DNA of 32,000 bases from Chlamydiota bacterium (GCA_016196885.1 JACPWU010000024.1:1-32000), one strand, 5' to 3'; numbered from the stretch's first letter, positions 8,345 through 17,485 are shown. Numbers and translations are program-made. Notes: generated by a model not told the origin, from the sequence alone.

Positions 8345-8713
8345 ATGCAAGTCATTCATCGTCGTTCTGTGGGAAGGGTGAGGCGGCATTTGAGAATTCG
8401 CCGCCGGATGGAAGGGACTCTCGAGAAACCTCGCCTGACGGTTTTTAGAAGTCACAAACATCTTTATGCTCAAATGATTAATGATCTGGAGGGCAAAACT
8501 TTGTTGACTGTTTCGACATTGTCTCCTCTTGTGAGAGAGAAGGTGAAATACGGAGGAAATGTCAAGGCCGCCGAGGACTTGGGGGAAATTCTGGCCGAGG
8601 AAGCCAAAAAGAGCAAGATTCAAAACGTGATTTTCGATCGTTCGGGTTATCGCTATCATGGTCGCATTAGGGCGTTGGCTGATGCGGCAAGAAAGGGTGG
8701 CCTTGTTTTTTAA
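8345..8713 (+). CDS. rplR: 50S ribosomal protein L18
   Basis: 122 aa, ...RRHLRIRRRMEGTLEKPRLTVFRSHKHLYAQ...GYRYHGRIRALADAARKGGLVF. Confidence 0.93.
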   Translation: MQVIHRRSVGRVRRHLRIRRRMEGTLEKPRLTVFRSHKHLYAQMINDLEGKTLLTVSTLSPLVREKVKYGGNVKAAEDLGEILAEEAKKSKIQNVIFDRSGYRYHGRIRALADAARKGGLVF

Positions 8714-8731
8714 AATGTTCAAAATTCAAAT

Positions 8732-8788
8732 GTAGTCGCCCCGTTTATGGGGCAATGCAATAGATTGCCCGATAAATCGGGCGACTAC
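8732..8788. repeat. Palindromic double-hairpin element, copy 2 (57 bp, inner hairpins in the opposite order)
   Basis: GTAGTCGCCCCGTTTATGGGGC-aatgcaatagatt-GCCCGATAAATCGGGCGACTAC, between rplR and rpsE. Confidence 0.9.
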
Positions 8789-8839
8789 GAGATCATTTGA
8801 GATTTGGAATTTCCGGTTTATCCGGGTGAGGGGAGTTTT

Positions 8840-9409
8840 ATGGCAGAACAAGAAGGGGTGGAAAAGGTAGGTAAAGATTCTCCAGGTAAAGAGTCTGGGA
8901 AATCGAGTGGAAAAAGGATTTCTCGGGGAGAGGTCTCTTCAGAGTTTCTCGAGAAAGTGGTTTACATCAATCGCTGCGCCAAGGTGGTGAAGGGCGGGAG
9001 ACGCTTTAGTTTTAGTGCCTTGGTGGTGGTAGGTGATGGCAGGGGCAAAGTGGGCTTTGGCTTGGGGAAGGCGAACGAAGTTTCAGATGCTATTCGTAAA
9101 GGGACTGACTATGCCAAAAAGAGCATGAAGTCTGTCTGCCTGAGAGGAACCACCATTCCGCATGAAGCCTTTTCCAAATTCGATGGCGGAAGAGTTTTCT
9201 TGAAGCCTGCTACCAAGGGGACGGGAATCATTGCCGGAGGGGGTGTGAGAGCTGTTTTAGAGGCGGCGGGTGTGAGAGATGTTTTGGCCAAGTCTATGGG
9301 TTCGTCCAATGCCATCAATGTGGTGAGGGCGACGATGGGATGCTTAGAATCCTTGAAGGATTTGACGATGATTCGGGCGATGCGTGGAGGATCTCATGAA
9401 TCTCTCTAG
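8840..9409 (+). CDS. rpsE: 30S ribosomal protein S5 (with an N-terminal Lys/Ser/Gly-rich extension)
   Basis: ATG 8840 is preceded by GAGGGGA. The core [39 protein letters not shown] is present. The track start at 8804 is further upstream. Confidence 0.92.
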   Translation: MAEQEGVEKVGKDSPGKESGKSSGKRISRGEVSSEFLEKVVYINRCAKVVKGGRRFSFSALVVVGDGRGKVGFGLGKANEVSDAIRKGTDYAKKSMKSVCLRGTTIPHEAFSKFDGGRVFLKPATKGTGIIAGGGVRAVLEAAGVRDVLAKSMGSSNAINVVRATMGCLESLKDLTMIRAMRGGSHESL

Positions 9410-9848
9410 TATTTTAAGCGTGGATGACCACCGCAAGAAAATGAAGAGGGTCGGCCGCGGACCTGGCTCGGGTCATGGGAAAACCAGTGGCAAGGGCAAT
9501 AAAGGCCAAAAGGCACGTTCTGGAAAGGGTGCCCGGATTCGACCCGGATTTGAAGGCGGTCAAATGCCTCTTTATCGAAGGCTTCCGAAACGGGGCTTCG
9601 TGAATGAAAGAAAAGACCAGTGGACACTCATCAATTTGGATCAGCTGAGTGCCTTTGAAAAAGGCGATTGTGTTTCGCCTGAGATTTTAAAAGAAAAAGG
9701 TTTCGCCAAGAATATCAAAGATGGCATTAAACTTTTGGGACGAGGCGATTTAAAATTTCCCTTAACCATTCAAGTCCATGCCGTGAGTTCCAGTGCCCGT
9801 GCAAAAGTTGAGAAGGCAAAAGGAAAAGTTGAAATCATTCCTTTTTGA
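9396..9848 (+). CDS. rplO: 50S ribosomal protein L15
   Basis: MNLSSIL...[27 protein letters not shown], with GGAGG 5 nt upstream of ATG 9396. Overlaps the rpsE 3' end, so no room is left for rpmD. Confidence 0.93.
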   Translation: MNLSSILSVDDHRKKMKRVGRGPGSGHGKTSGKGNKGQKARSGKGARIRPGFEGGQMPLYRRLPKRGFVNERKDQWTLINLDQLSAFEKGDCVSPEILKEKGFAKNIKDGIKLLGRGDLKFPLTIQVHAVSSSARAKVEKAKGKVEIIPF

Positions 9849-9937
9849 TATTTGCATTGTCATTTTGATCTTTGATTTTTAATTTTTGATTTCTATGGGT
9901 TTGTTTGATTCCGGCTTGTCCGGGTTAGGTTACCTAA

Positions 9938-11287
9938 ATGCTGTCTGCCTTTGTTAACATTTTTAAAGTTCCCGATCTTAAAAAGAAGCTCCTTTTGACC
10001 TTGGGGCTTGTGGCGGTGTACCGCGTGGGTACTTATATTCCAACGCCGGGGGTGGATGGGTATGCACTGAGTCAGGCTCTTCAGGACATGGCTAGGACGC
10101 AAGGGGGCGCTGGCACCATTTTTGGCATTATGGATATGTTCAGCGGTGGGGCGATGAACAAGTGCACCATTTTTGCGCTGGGCATCATGCCCTATATCAG
10201 TGCTTCTATTATTCTGCAGCTTTTGACGACGGTGGTTCCTCAATTGGAACGCATGGCCAAAGAAGGGGAAATGGGCCGCCGTAAATTGACCCAATACACC
10301 CGCTATGGCACTGTGGTCTTAAGCATCATTCAATCCTTTTTCATCGCTCTTTGGCTGGAGCGTACAGCCCTTTTCAATCGTGTGATTGTTCCAACTCCAG
10401 GCTGGGGTTTTCGTTTGCTGTGCGCTTTGACTTTGACTTCAGGAACAGCGTTTATCATGTGGTTGGGAGAGCAGATCACGGAGCGAGGAATTGGGAATGG
10501 GATGAGCTTGATCATTGCGGGCGGAATTGTTTCGCGTATTCCGACGGCTGTTCATCAGATGTTTATTCTTCTGAAGCCTTCGAATGCGGAGGCAGTGAGC
10601 CTGGGACCGCTTCAGGCCATTTTTATGTTGGCCGTGCTGATTGCTGTGATCGCTTGTGTCATCATAGTCACGCAGGGCCAGCGTAAGATTCCAGTGCAAT
10701 ATGCCAAGCGTGTTGTGGGTCGGCGTGTTTTCTCGGGCCAGTCTACTTATATTCCTTTAAGGGTGAATCAGGCGGGTGTGATCCCCATTATTTTTGCAGT
10801 TTCCATCTTGATGTTCCCGCGCACCATGGCGGCCTTGATTCAGAATGGGGCTATGCAAAAGTTCGCGAATGGTTTGGTGGAGGGGCGTCTTCTTTACAAT
10901 TTGATTTATGCCTTGTTGATTATTTTCTTCACTTATTTTTATACGGCGATCACGTTTAATCCCTTGGATATTTCTGAGAATATGAAAAAGAGTGGTGCCT
11001 TTGTCCCTGGCATCCGGCCGGGACAGGCGACGACGGATTTTTTAGAGCATGTGATGAGCCGAATCACTTTTTCAGGGGCCGTATTTTTAGCAGCCATTGC
11101 GATTATGCCTGATTTTATTTACCGTATGATGAATGTTCCTTATTTGGTCGCGAGTTTCTTCGGAGGAACCGCTCTTTTGATTGTGGTGGGTGTGATGCTG
11201 GATTCCATGCGACAGCTCGAATCCCAGCTTCTCATGAGGCACTACGATGGCTTTATGAAGAAGGGGAGACTGAAGGGAAGGTATTAG
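9938..11287 (+). CDS. secY: Preprotein translocase subunit SecY
   Basis: 449-aa polytopic membrane protein, ...GIMPYISASIILQLL...WLGEQITERGIGNGMSLII... Confidence 0.96.
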   Translation: MLSAFVNIFKVPDLKKKLLLTLGLVAVYRVGTYIPTPGVDGYALSQALQDMARTQGGAGTIFGIMDMFSGGAMNKCTIFALGIMPYISASIILQLLTTVVPQLERMAKEGEMGRRKLTQYTRYGTVVLSIIQSFFIALWLERTALFNRVIVPTPGWGFRLLCALTLTSGTAFIMWLGEQITERGIGNGMSLIIAGGIVSRIPTAVHQMFILLKPSNAEAVSLGPLQAIFMLAVLIAVIACVIIVTQGQRKIPVQYAKRVVGRRVFSGQSTYIPLRVNQAGVIPIIFAVSILMFPRTMAALIQNGAMQKFANGLVEGRLLYNLIYALLIIFFTYFYTAITFNPLDISENMKKSGAFVPGIRPGQATTDFLEHVMSRITFSGAVFLAAIAIMPDFIYRMMNVPYLVASFFGGTALLIVVGVMLDSMRQLESQLLMRHYDGFMKKGRLKGRY

Positions 11288-11377
11288 AAATTCAAAATCC
11301 AAAAATAAAAATTAAGGAGGTTATTTATTCAATTCTTCCTAAATTTTGATTTCTGCTATGAAAGTGAAGCTCATTCT

Positions 11378-11422
11378 GTAGTCGCCCCATTTATGGGGCT
11401 GCCCGATGAATCGGGCGACTAC
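11378..11422. repeat. Palindromic double-hairpin element, copy 3 (45 bp, minimal form)
   Basis: GTAGTCGCCCCATTTATGGGGC-t-GCCCGATGAATCGGGCGACTAC, between secY and adk. Confidence 0.9.
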
Positions 11423-11521
11423 AAAAAAAGCATGATGGGGAGAACTTTCATCGCACACGATGATCTCGAAAGATCATTGAAATTGATATTTGATTTTTGA
11501 ATTTCTTTAAGAGGGATTTTT

Positions 11522-12202
11522 GTGTGTTTTGTGAATAACAAAGAGACTAAGCGCAGGATAGTTTTATTGGGTCCCCCTGGAGCAGGAAAGGGGACGCATG
11601 CGAAGGATTTGGGGGAGGCGTTAAGGGTTCCTCATGTTTCAACAGGGGATATTTTAAGGGAGGCAGTGAAGCAGGGAACGGCCGTAGGACTGGAGGCCAA
11701 GTCTTACATGGACAAAGGGGAATTGGTCCCAGACGAAGTGATGGCCCGGGTGATTTTGGAGAGGCTTCGCCAGAAGGATTGCGCGCAGGGATTTATTTTA
11801 GATGGTTATCCTCGCACCGTTCATCAGGCAGAGCTTCTGAAGGAAGGATTGAAGAAGGTTTCGGCCGATTTGGATGTGGCGATTGAAATAGGGGCACCCG
11901 CAGATTTAATTGTGTCGCGGCTTGCTTTTCGAAGGGTGTGTCGCAATTGTGGTGCGACCTATCATTTGAAAAATATTCCTCCAAAGGTCGAGGGCCGTTG
12001 CGATCAGTGCGGGGGTGAGCTCTATCAAAGGTCTGACGACGAAGAGCAAACGGTGCGGCGTCGCCTCCAAGTTTATGAAGAGCAATCAGCTCTTGTGATT
12101 GGTTACTATCGCGGACAAGGTTTATTGACAACAGTGGATGGGGCCTTGCCTCGGCAAAAAACTTATGCGCAATTGTTGGAAATGGTAGGAGTCTTTGAGT
12201 GA
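11522..12202 (+). CDS. adk: Adenylate kinase with a Cys4 zinc lid
   Basis: P-loop LLGPPGAGKGT and lid CRNCGATYH...CDQCGG. The start is uncertain (GTG 11522 or GTG 11531). Confidence 0.93.
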   Translation: MCFVNNKETKRRIVLLGPPGAGKGTHAKDLGEALRVPHVSTGDILREAVKQGTAVGLEAKSYMDKGELVPDEVMARVILERLRQKDCAQGFILDGYPRTVHQAELLKEGLKKVSADLDVAIEIGAPADLIVSRLAFRRVCRNCGATYHLKNIPPKVEGRCDQCGGELYQRSDDEEQTVRRRLQVYEEQSALVIGYYRGQGLLTTVDGALPRQKTYAQLLEMVGVFE

Positions 12203-12945
12203 TTTTTATCAAGTCTGAGCGAGAACTTGAGAAGATGCGTGTGGCGGGCCGCAAGACAGCTCGTGTGATGGAGGAAGTGGGAAGAGCGGTTAAGCCAGGG
12301 GCAACACCGCTCGAGTTGGATCGGTTGGCCTTCGAAGTCATGAAACGAGAGGGGACGGACAGTGCGTTTAAAGGCTATCTGGGGTATCCCGCGCATGTCT
12401 GTATTTCTGTAAATGAAGAGGTGGTTCACGGAATTCCCAGGGCCAGACTTTTCCAGGAAGGCGATATTGTCAGTGTTGATTTGGGAGTTATTTGGCAGGG
12501 TTTTTATGGAGATATGGCCCGCACCTTTGCTGTTGGAAAAGTGAGCGAGCTTTCCCTTCGCTTGATGAAGGTCACTTGCGAATCCTTGGAAAAGGGCATT
12601 GAGCAGTGCGTGGCGGGCAATCGTGTGGGAGATATTTCTCATGCGGTGGAAATGTGGGTGACGAGCCACGGATTTTCCGTGGTGAGGGATTTGGTCGGTC
12701 ATGGGATTGGAACCAAGATGCATGAAGATCCTCCTGTCCCTAATTTTGGGGAGGCAGGCGTTGGTCCTAAGCTAAAGAGCGGCATGGTGTTAGCAATAGA
12801 ACCCATGGTGAATGAAGGGGGTTTTGAAGTAGAAACTTTACAAGATGGCTGGACAGTTGTAACAAAGGATGGTAAGCTATCCGCCCATTTTGAAAATACA
12901 GTGGCTATTACGGAAAACGGTCCTGAAATTTTGACGAAATTGTAA
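12199..12945 (+). CDS. map: Type I methionine aminopeptidase
   Basis: 248 aa, ...HGIP...DIVSVDLG...GHGIG...HE...; the GTG start overlaps the adk stop as GTGA. Confidence 0.95.
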   Translation: MIFIKSERELEKMRVAGRKTARVMEEVGRAVKPGATPLELDRLAFEVMKREGTDSAFKGYLGYPAHVCISVNEEVVHGIPRARLFQEGDIVSVDLGVIWQGFYGDMARTFAVGKVSELSLRLMKVTCESLEKGIEQCVAGNRVGDISHAVEMWVTSHGFSVVRDLVGHGIGTKMHEDPPVPNFGEAGVGPKLKSGMVLAIEPMVNEGGFEVETLQDGWTVVTKDGKLSAHFENTVAITENGPEILTKL

Positions 12946-12971
12946 GGGGAAAAATTTTTATTCATTCAAAT

Positions 12972-13205
12972 ATGCCTGAACCTCAATCATCCAAAGAGGA
13001 ACCCATTCGTATCGAGGGAACAGTGGTGGAGCTTTTACCCAACACCATGTTCAGGGTGGAATTGGCCAATGGTCATCGCATTTTGGCGCATATTTCAGGG
13101 AAGATGAGAATGAATTTTATTAAGATTCTTCCGGGGGATAAGGTGACTTTAGAAATGTCTCCCTATGATTTGACAAAGGGAAGAATTGTTTATCGAGAGA
13201 AATAA
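12972..13205 (+). CDS. infA: Translation initiation factor IF-1
   Basis: 77 aa, ...[62 protein letters not shown]. Confidence 0.96.
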   Translation: MPEPQSSKEEPIRIEGTVVELLPNTMFRVELANGHRILAHISGKMRMNFIKILPGDKVTLEMSPYDLTKGRIVYREK

Positions 13206-13214
13206 GAATCAGTG

Positions 13215-13282
13215 TTCAGCGTATAGCGTATAGCGTACAGCGTTCAGAAAAAATCGTCTCCTTATAAAAACTGACCGCTGAA
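13215..13282 (+). repeat. Heptamer array TTCAGCG-TATAGCG-TATAGCG-TACAGCG-TTCAG (13215-13247) with a downstream inverted copy CGCTGAA (13276-13282)
   Basis: Read directly. It occupies the infA-rpsM spacer where rpmJ usually sits. Confidence 0.85.
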
Positions 13283-13313
13283 TGCTCGCCCGTTGATTGC
13301 TAAGGAGAAACAA

Positions 13314-13712
13314 GTGCCGAGAGTTGTGGGAGTGGATATTCCGAAGGATAAAAGAATTGAGATTTCGTTGACCTACCTTTTTGGTGTCGGACGATCTCTC
13401 TCAAATGAGATTTTGAAAAAAACCCAAATTGATCCGGACGTTCGTGCAAAGGATTTAACGGAAGAGCAAGTCGCCAAGTTGAATACTGTGATTCAGAAGG
13501 ATTACAAGGTGGAGGGAGATTTGAGGCGGGACATCTCTCAAAATATCAAGCGCTTGATCGGTATTGGTTCTTATCGGGGGCTGAGGCATAAAAAGGGACT
13601 TCCCGTTCGAGGTCAAAGAACCCATACGAATGCGAGAACCCGCAAAGGGCCTCGAAAGACGGTGGGTGTGAAGAGAACGAAGTCGGCTCCAGCCGCACCA
13701 GCAAAGGAATAG
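13314..13712 (+). CDS. rpsM: 30S ribosomal protein S13
   Basis: The S13 N-terminus [25 protein letters not shown] starts at GTG 13314, with AAGGAG 6 nt upstream. The track start at 13293 is an extension. Confidence 0.92.
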   Translation: MPRVVGVDIPKDKRIEISLTYLFGVGRSLSNEILKKTQIDPDVRAKDLTEEQVAKLNTVIQKDYKVEGDLRRDISQNIKRLIGIGSYRGLRHKKGLPVRGQRTHTNARTRKGPRKTVGVKRTKSAPAAPAKE

Positions 13713-13719
13713 ATCCATT

Positions 13720-14124
13720 ATGGAAAAAGAAGCTGAAAAAAAACCAGCTGTGGCAAAGAAGAAAAAGGCTTCCAAACATGTTCCAGTAGGCAGGGCACAT
13801 GTGAAGGCTACGTTTAATAATACTTTTGTGGCGATCACCGATTTACATGGCAATGTGATTTCTTGGTCTAGCGCTGGTGTCTTAGGGTTCAGCGGAGCCA
13901 AAAAGAGCACGGCCTATGCGGCTCAAGTGGTGGCTCAGGATTGTGCTAAAAAAGCCAAGGAACATGGGCTTCATGAAGTGGAGGTTTTTGTGAAAGGGCC
14001 AGGGGCTGGGCGTGAGTCGGCCATTCGGGCCTTGCAGGCTTCGGGTTTGACGATCACCGCGATTAGGGATGTGACGCCGGTTCCTCACAATGGATGCCGG
14101 CCTCCGAAGAGGAGAAGGGTGTAG
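13720..14124 (+). CDS. rpsK: 30S ribosomal protein S11
   Basis: 134 aa, ...[30 protein letters not shown]...[12 protein letters not shown]. Confidence 0.95.
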   Translation: MEKEAEKKPAVAKKKKASKHVPVGRAHVKATFNNTFVAITDLHGNVISWSSAGVLGFSGAKKSTAYAAQVVAQDCAKKAKEHGLHEVEVFVKGPGAGRESAIRALQASGLTITAIRDVTPVPHNGCRPPKRRRV

Positions 14125-14133
14125 TAAAAAGGA

Positions 14134-14186
14134 ATGTTTCAAGTTTTATGTCTCATGTTTCAAGTTAAAAACATCAAACATGAAAC
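14134..14186 (+). repeat. Direct 12-nt repeat ATGTTTCAAGTT (14134-14145, 14155-14166), followed by an inverted-type CAAACATGAAAC
   Basis: Read directly. Same GTTTCATG/CATGAAAC word family as 7705-7755 and 23245-23296. Upstream of rpsD. Confidence 0.75.
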
Positions 14187-14208
14187 AATAGTTCAAAGGA
14201 TTAATGCT

Positions 14209-14835
14209 ATGGCAAGATATGTGGGACCTGTATGCCGCTTGTGTCGGCGTGAAGGGATTAAGCTTTTTTTAAAGGGGACAAAGTGTGAGACAGCCAAGTG
14301 CACGCTTGAAAAGCGGGCGGCACCCCCTGGGCAGCATGGTCAGACGAGAACCAAGCTTTCGGAATATGGCGTTCAGCTTCGTGAGAAGCAGAGATTGAAG
14401 AGAATGTGGGGGATGCTCGAGCAGCAGTTCAAAAATTATTTCCGCAAGGCAGCCCGTCAAAAAGGTGTTACCGGTGAGACCTTGCTTCAAAGCCTTGAGT
14501 TGAGGTTGGACAATGTGGTTTATCGGCTTGGTTTTTCCGCTTCAAGACTCGGGGCTCGTCAGGCGATTTTACATGGTCATGTTCATGTGAATGGACATAA
14601 GGTGAATCGTCCTTCCTTTGGTTTGAAGATTGGCGATCAAATTCAAATTGCCAACCGGCCCAATGTAATGGAGTTGGCGAAGTTGAATTTGGAAAAGACA
14701 GCTTCTCGTCCAACTTTGGCGTGGTTGAAATTGAATCGTGAAGGATTGAAGGGTGAGATTGTGAGCATTCCAACACGAGAAGAGATCTCGGTTCCTGTGA
14801 ATGAGCGGCTGATTGTGGAATTGTATTCGAAATAG
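14209..14835 (+). CDS. rpsD: 30S ribosomal protein S4 (with an N-terminal Cys4 knuckle)
   Basis: MARYVGPVCRLCRREGIKLFLKGTKCETAKC... from ATG 14209. The track ORF from 14134 reads through an upstream repeat region. Confidence 0.95.
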   Translation: MARYVGPVCRLCRREGIKLFLKGTKCETAKCTLEKRAAPPGQHGQTRTKLSEYGVQLREKQRLKRMWGMLEQQFKNYFRKAARQKGVTGETLLQSLELRLDNVVYRLGFSASRLGARQAILHGHVHVNGHKVNRPSFGLKIGDQIQIANRPNVMELAKLNLEKTASRPTLAWLKLNREGLKGEIVSIPTREEISVPVNERLIVELYSK

Positions 14836-14846
14836 GAGGTTCATCC

Positions 14847-15848
14847 ATGAAGTTAGGACGTTTTGAATTGCCCAAGCAATTGGTAAGAGATGAGCAAAGT
14901 GCAACACCCACTTACGCGAAGTTTTACGCGGAGCCTTTTGAAAAGGGTTTTGGTTCCACGATTGGAAACTCTTTGCGGCGAGTGCTTTTGTCTTCGATTG
15001 AAGGTGCCGCGGTCCGCAGTATTAAGATTGATGGGGTTTTGCATGAATTTAGTACCCTGCCTGGCGTGGTGGAAGATGTGCCTCAAATCATTTTGAATGT
15101 GAAGAACATTCTCTTCAGGGCCCATTCTCGTGAGATGAAAAAGGTTGAAATCAATGTGGACAAAGTGGGTGAAGTGAGGGCGTCTGATATCAAGGTGGAT
15201 AATACCCTAGAGATTGTGAATCCGGATTTTCATATCGCTGAACTCACGAAGAAGACAAAGTTTCGATTGGAGATGGAAGTGGGCGTGGGAAGAGGGTATC
15301 TCCCTTCTGAAAGAAATAAAGATGTGGATCAACCGATCGGTGTGATTCCGATTGATTCTATTTTTACCTCTGTCCGAAAGGTAAAATATTATATTGAGGA
15401 TACGCGGGTGGGCCAGATGACTGATTTCGACCGCCTGGTGCTTGAAATTTGGACCGATGGAAGAATCTCTCCAGAGGACGCCCTTCGCCAAGCCTCGGGT
15501 ATTTTAAGACATCATCTGAACGCCTTTGTTAATTTTGATGAGAATCTCATTCAATTTGAGGAAGAGCCGACGCAAGAGGATCAGAAGAAGGCCCAGACTG
15601 AGAAAGTGCTTAACATGAGCATTGATGAGATTGAGCTCTCTGTTCGTGCCTCTAATTGCATTCAGAAGGCGAATATCAAAACGATCGGGGATTTGGTTCA
15701 GAAGACGGAAGGAGAAATGCTCAAGTATAAGAATTTTGGCAAGAAGTCCTTGAATGAGATTAAGAAAATTCTCAGTGATATGGGACTCTCACTGGGTATG
15801 AGTTTGGAAGAGGCCCGCGGCAAGACTGAGGAGAAGGCAGTGCTATGA
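14847..15848 (+). CDS. rpoA: DNA-directed RNA polymerase subunit alpha
   Basis: 333 aa, ...FEKGFGSTIGNSLRRVLLSSIEGAAV... and a C-terminal domain ...IDEIELSVRASNCIQKANIKTIGDLV. AGGAGG lies upstream. Confidence 0.96.
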   Translation: MKLGRFELPKQLVRDEQSATPTYAKFYAEPFEKGFGSTIGNSLRRVLLSSIEGAAVRSIKIDGVLHEFSTLPGVVEDVPQIILNVKNILFRAHSREMKKVEINVDKVGEVRASDIKVDNTLEIVNPDFHIAELTKKTKFRLEMEVGVGRGYLPSERNKDVDQPIGVIPIDSIFTSVRKVKYYIEDTRVGQMTDFDRLVLEIWTDGRISPEDALRQASGILRHHLNAFVNFDENLIQFEEEPTQEDQKKAQTEKVLNMSIDEIELSVRASNCIQKANIKTIGDLVQKTEGEMLKYKNFGKKSLNEIKKILSDMGLSLGMSLEEARGKTEEKAVL

Positions 15849-16273
15849 GGCATCAGAAATTATCGAAGAGACTGAGTCTTCCTACAAAGCATCGCCGTGC
15901 CCTTTTGGCCAATTTGGTGAAAAACCTTTTTCGCCATGAGAGAATCCAGACCACTTTACTCAGGGCCAAGGTTGCATCTCGATTTGCCGATCGCATGATT
16001 ACCCTGGCCAAGCGAAAGGATCTTCATGCCGAGCGTCAGGCCGCACGTTTCTTGACGGATCGCGGGATTGTGAAAAGACTTTTTAAGGAGATCGGACCTC
16101 GTTTCCAGGCGCGGCACGGGGGTTACACCCGTGTGATTCGTTTGGACCGGCGGGTGGGAGATCGTGCCTTCATGGCCCTCTTGGAATTAGTGGATCACAC
16201 CTTTCAACCTCCTGCACAACCTTCGAAGGAGGCCAGGAAGAAAGAAAAGTTGGAGGAAGCCAAGGCTTCATGA
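15845..16273 (+). CDS. rplQ: 50S ribosomal protein L17
   Basis: MRHQKLSKRLSLPTKHRRALLANL...GGYTRVIRL; ATGA overlap with the rpoA stop. Confidence 0.94.
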   Translation: MRHQKLSKRLSLPTKHRRALLANLVKNLFRHERIQTTLLRAKVASRFADRMITLAKRKDLHAERQAARFLTDRGIVKRLFKEIGPRFQARHGGYTRVIRLDRRVGDRAFMALLELVDHTFQPPAQPSKEARKKEKLEEAKAS

Positions 16274-16635
16274 GGGAAGTTCATTCTCATCAACACGCTT
16301 GGAAAAATTTTTTCCAGAACACCGCTTATTCTGTAGAAGCCTACGAGTTTGTTTTGGACACGCTTGATTTTGCCCTTCGTAAACTCGACAAACCTCGTCA
16401 TTTAACCGCACAAGAACTTTTAGAAAGACTGCGGGAATATGCCCTGAAAATTTATGGACCTATGGCGAAAACACTTCTCGAAAACTGGGGGGTCAAGAAC
16501 TGTCAAGATTTTGGAGAAATTGTTTTTGGCCTTGTTCAGTATGGCATCATTTCGAAGCAGGACTCCGATTCGAAAGAGGATTTTAAAGTGGGTTATGATT
16601 TTGAAGAGGCTTTTCAAAAGCCTTTTAATGTATAG
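16270..16635 (+). CDS. Conserved protein of unknown function resembling the Minf_1886 family of the Planctomycetes/Verrucomicrobia group
   Basis: 121 aa. From memory of that family, the stretch ...HLTAQELLERLREYALKIYGPMAKTLLENWGVKNCQDFGEIVFGLVQYGIISKQDSDSKEDFKVGYDFEEAF is typical. The ATG overlaps the rplQ stop as ATGA. Confidence 0.7.
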   Translation: MREVHSHQHAWKNFFQNTAYSVEAYEFVLDTLDFALRKLDKPRHLTAQELLERLREYALKIYGPMAKTLLENWGVKNCQDFGEIVFGLVQYGIISKQDSDSKEDFKVGYDFEEAFQKPFNV

Positions 16636-16643
16636 AAGACGAC

Positions 16644-16943
16644 ATGAGGATGTCTATGCTCGAAGAAAACGTTAAACAATCTGAAATGTTGTTCATGGGC
16701 CTTGTGGCAATGCTGGCGCAAGGGGCCATGCAGCATTTGGGTAAAATGGCAGATCCCTTAACGGGCAAGGTTGAGAAGAACTTAGAGGCTGCGAAGGCCA
16801 CCATTGATCTTTTGAGTGTGATTAAGCAAAAAACCAAAGGGAATTTAAGTCCAGAAGAGGAGCGGGCTCTGGATGCTTTTTTAACCAACCTCCAGCTCAA
16901 TTATGTGGAGGAATCTTCTTCAACCCCCTCGGAGAAAAGCTGA
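16644..16943 (+). CDS. DUF1844-like small protein
   Basis: 99 aa. From memory of DUF1844 members, ...LVAMLAQGAMQHLGKMADPLTGKVEKNLEAAKATIDLLSVIKQKTKGNLSPEEERALDAFLTNLQLNYVE fits. Confidence 0.68.
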   Translation: MRMSMLEENVKQSEMLFMGLVAMLAQGAMQHLGKMADPLTGKVEKNLEAAKATIDLLSVIKQKTKGNLSPEEERALDAFLTNLQLNYVEESSSTPSEKS

Positions 16944-17485
16944 TGGATTGGGATATCCAGAGCCTTTCAAAGGTGTGCGTTCAATGTCAACATCCCCTTA
17001 CGGAGGGGAATGTTTTTCATTGTTTTCTCGTTTTGTCGAGCGAGGGGTCTCTTGAGAGAAAGGATTTTTGTGGGGGATGCTATCCTCAGATGAAGGCCTC
17101 CTGGGAAGGTCGTCCCGATTTGTATTCTTATTGGGAGGGCCGGGTCCAACGGGTGGAAGAAATGCCGCAACCAAAACCTTTGCCCTATGAGCGCTTTGAA
17201 ATTCTTTTGAGAAAATACATGGTTTCTGAAAGTGATCGAGACCGTAAATTTACTTACATTCTTGCGCTCCTTCTGGAAAGAAAAAAAATATTTGTCCATA
17301 GAGAGAGTGTGATTCGAGAAGCCCAGGACAAGTCTTTTTTGGTGTACGAACATTTGGAGACAGGAGAGACTTTCATCTTAGAGGATCCTCGTTTAAGTTT
17401 GAATCAAGTAGAAGAATTGAAAAGTGAATTAAAAGATTTGATGGAGCAAGAGTTTCAGACTGTTTTGGTTGAGAAGGCATCGTAG
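16943..17485 (+). CDS. Hypothetical protein with an N-terminal CxxC...CxxC zinc-ribbon-like motif
   Basis: 180-aa ORF with CVQC...CGGC near the N-terminus. Its start overlaps the previous stop as TGATG. No family recognised. Confidence 0.6.
   Translation: MDWDIQSLSKVCVQCQHPLTEGNVFHCFLVLSSEGSLERKDFCGGCYPQMKASWEGRPDLYSYWEGRVQRVEEMPQPKPLPYERFEILLRKYMVSESDRDRKFTYILALLLERKKIFVHRESVIREAQDKSFLVYEHLETGETFILEDPRLSLNQVEELKSELKDLMEQEFQTVLVEKAS

Noticed and set aside
11378-11422. The three-way-junction fold of the minimal element looks superficially tRNA-like.
   Set aside because: It is only 45 nt, with no T-loop or D-loop consensus, no anticodon arm and no acceptor-stem geometry. It is not a tRNA.
11327-11500. 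An open frame of ~57 codons follows a strong AAGGAGG (11314-11320) in the secY-adk spacer.
   Set aside because: There is no ATG, GTG or TTG at the right distance; ATT is the only option. The frame reads through repeat copy 3 and AT-rich low-complexity DNA, and it bears no resemblance to L36 or any known small protein.
9871-11505. A shared T-rich word, TTTGATTTTTnAATTT, occurs upstream of secY (9871-9885) and upstream of adk (11489-11505), suggesting a possible common internal promoter or operator.
   Set aside because: It is very low-complexity AT-rich sequence, the -10-like partners are poor, and the similarity is plausibly due to chance. It is noted only as part of the general spacer repeat phenomenon.
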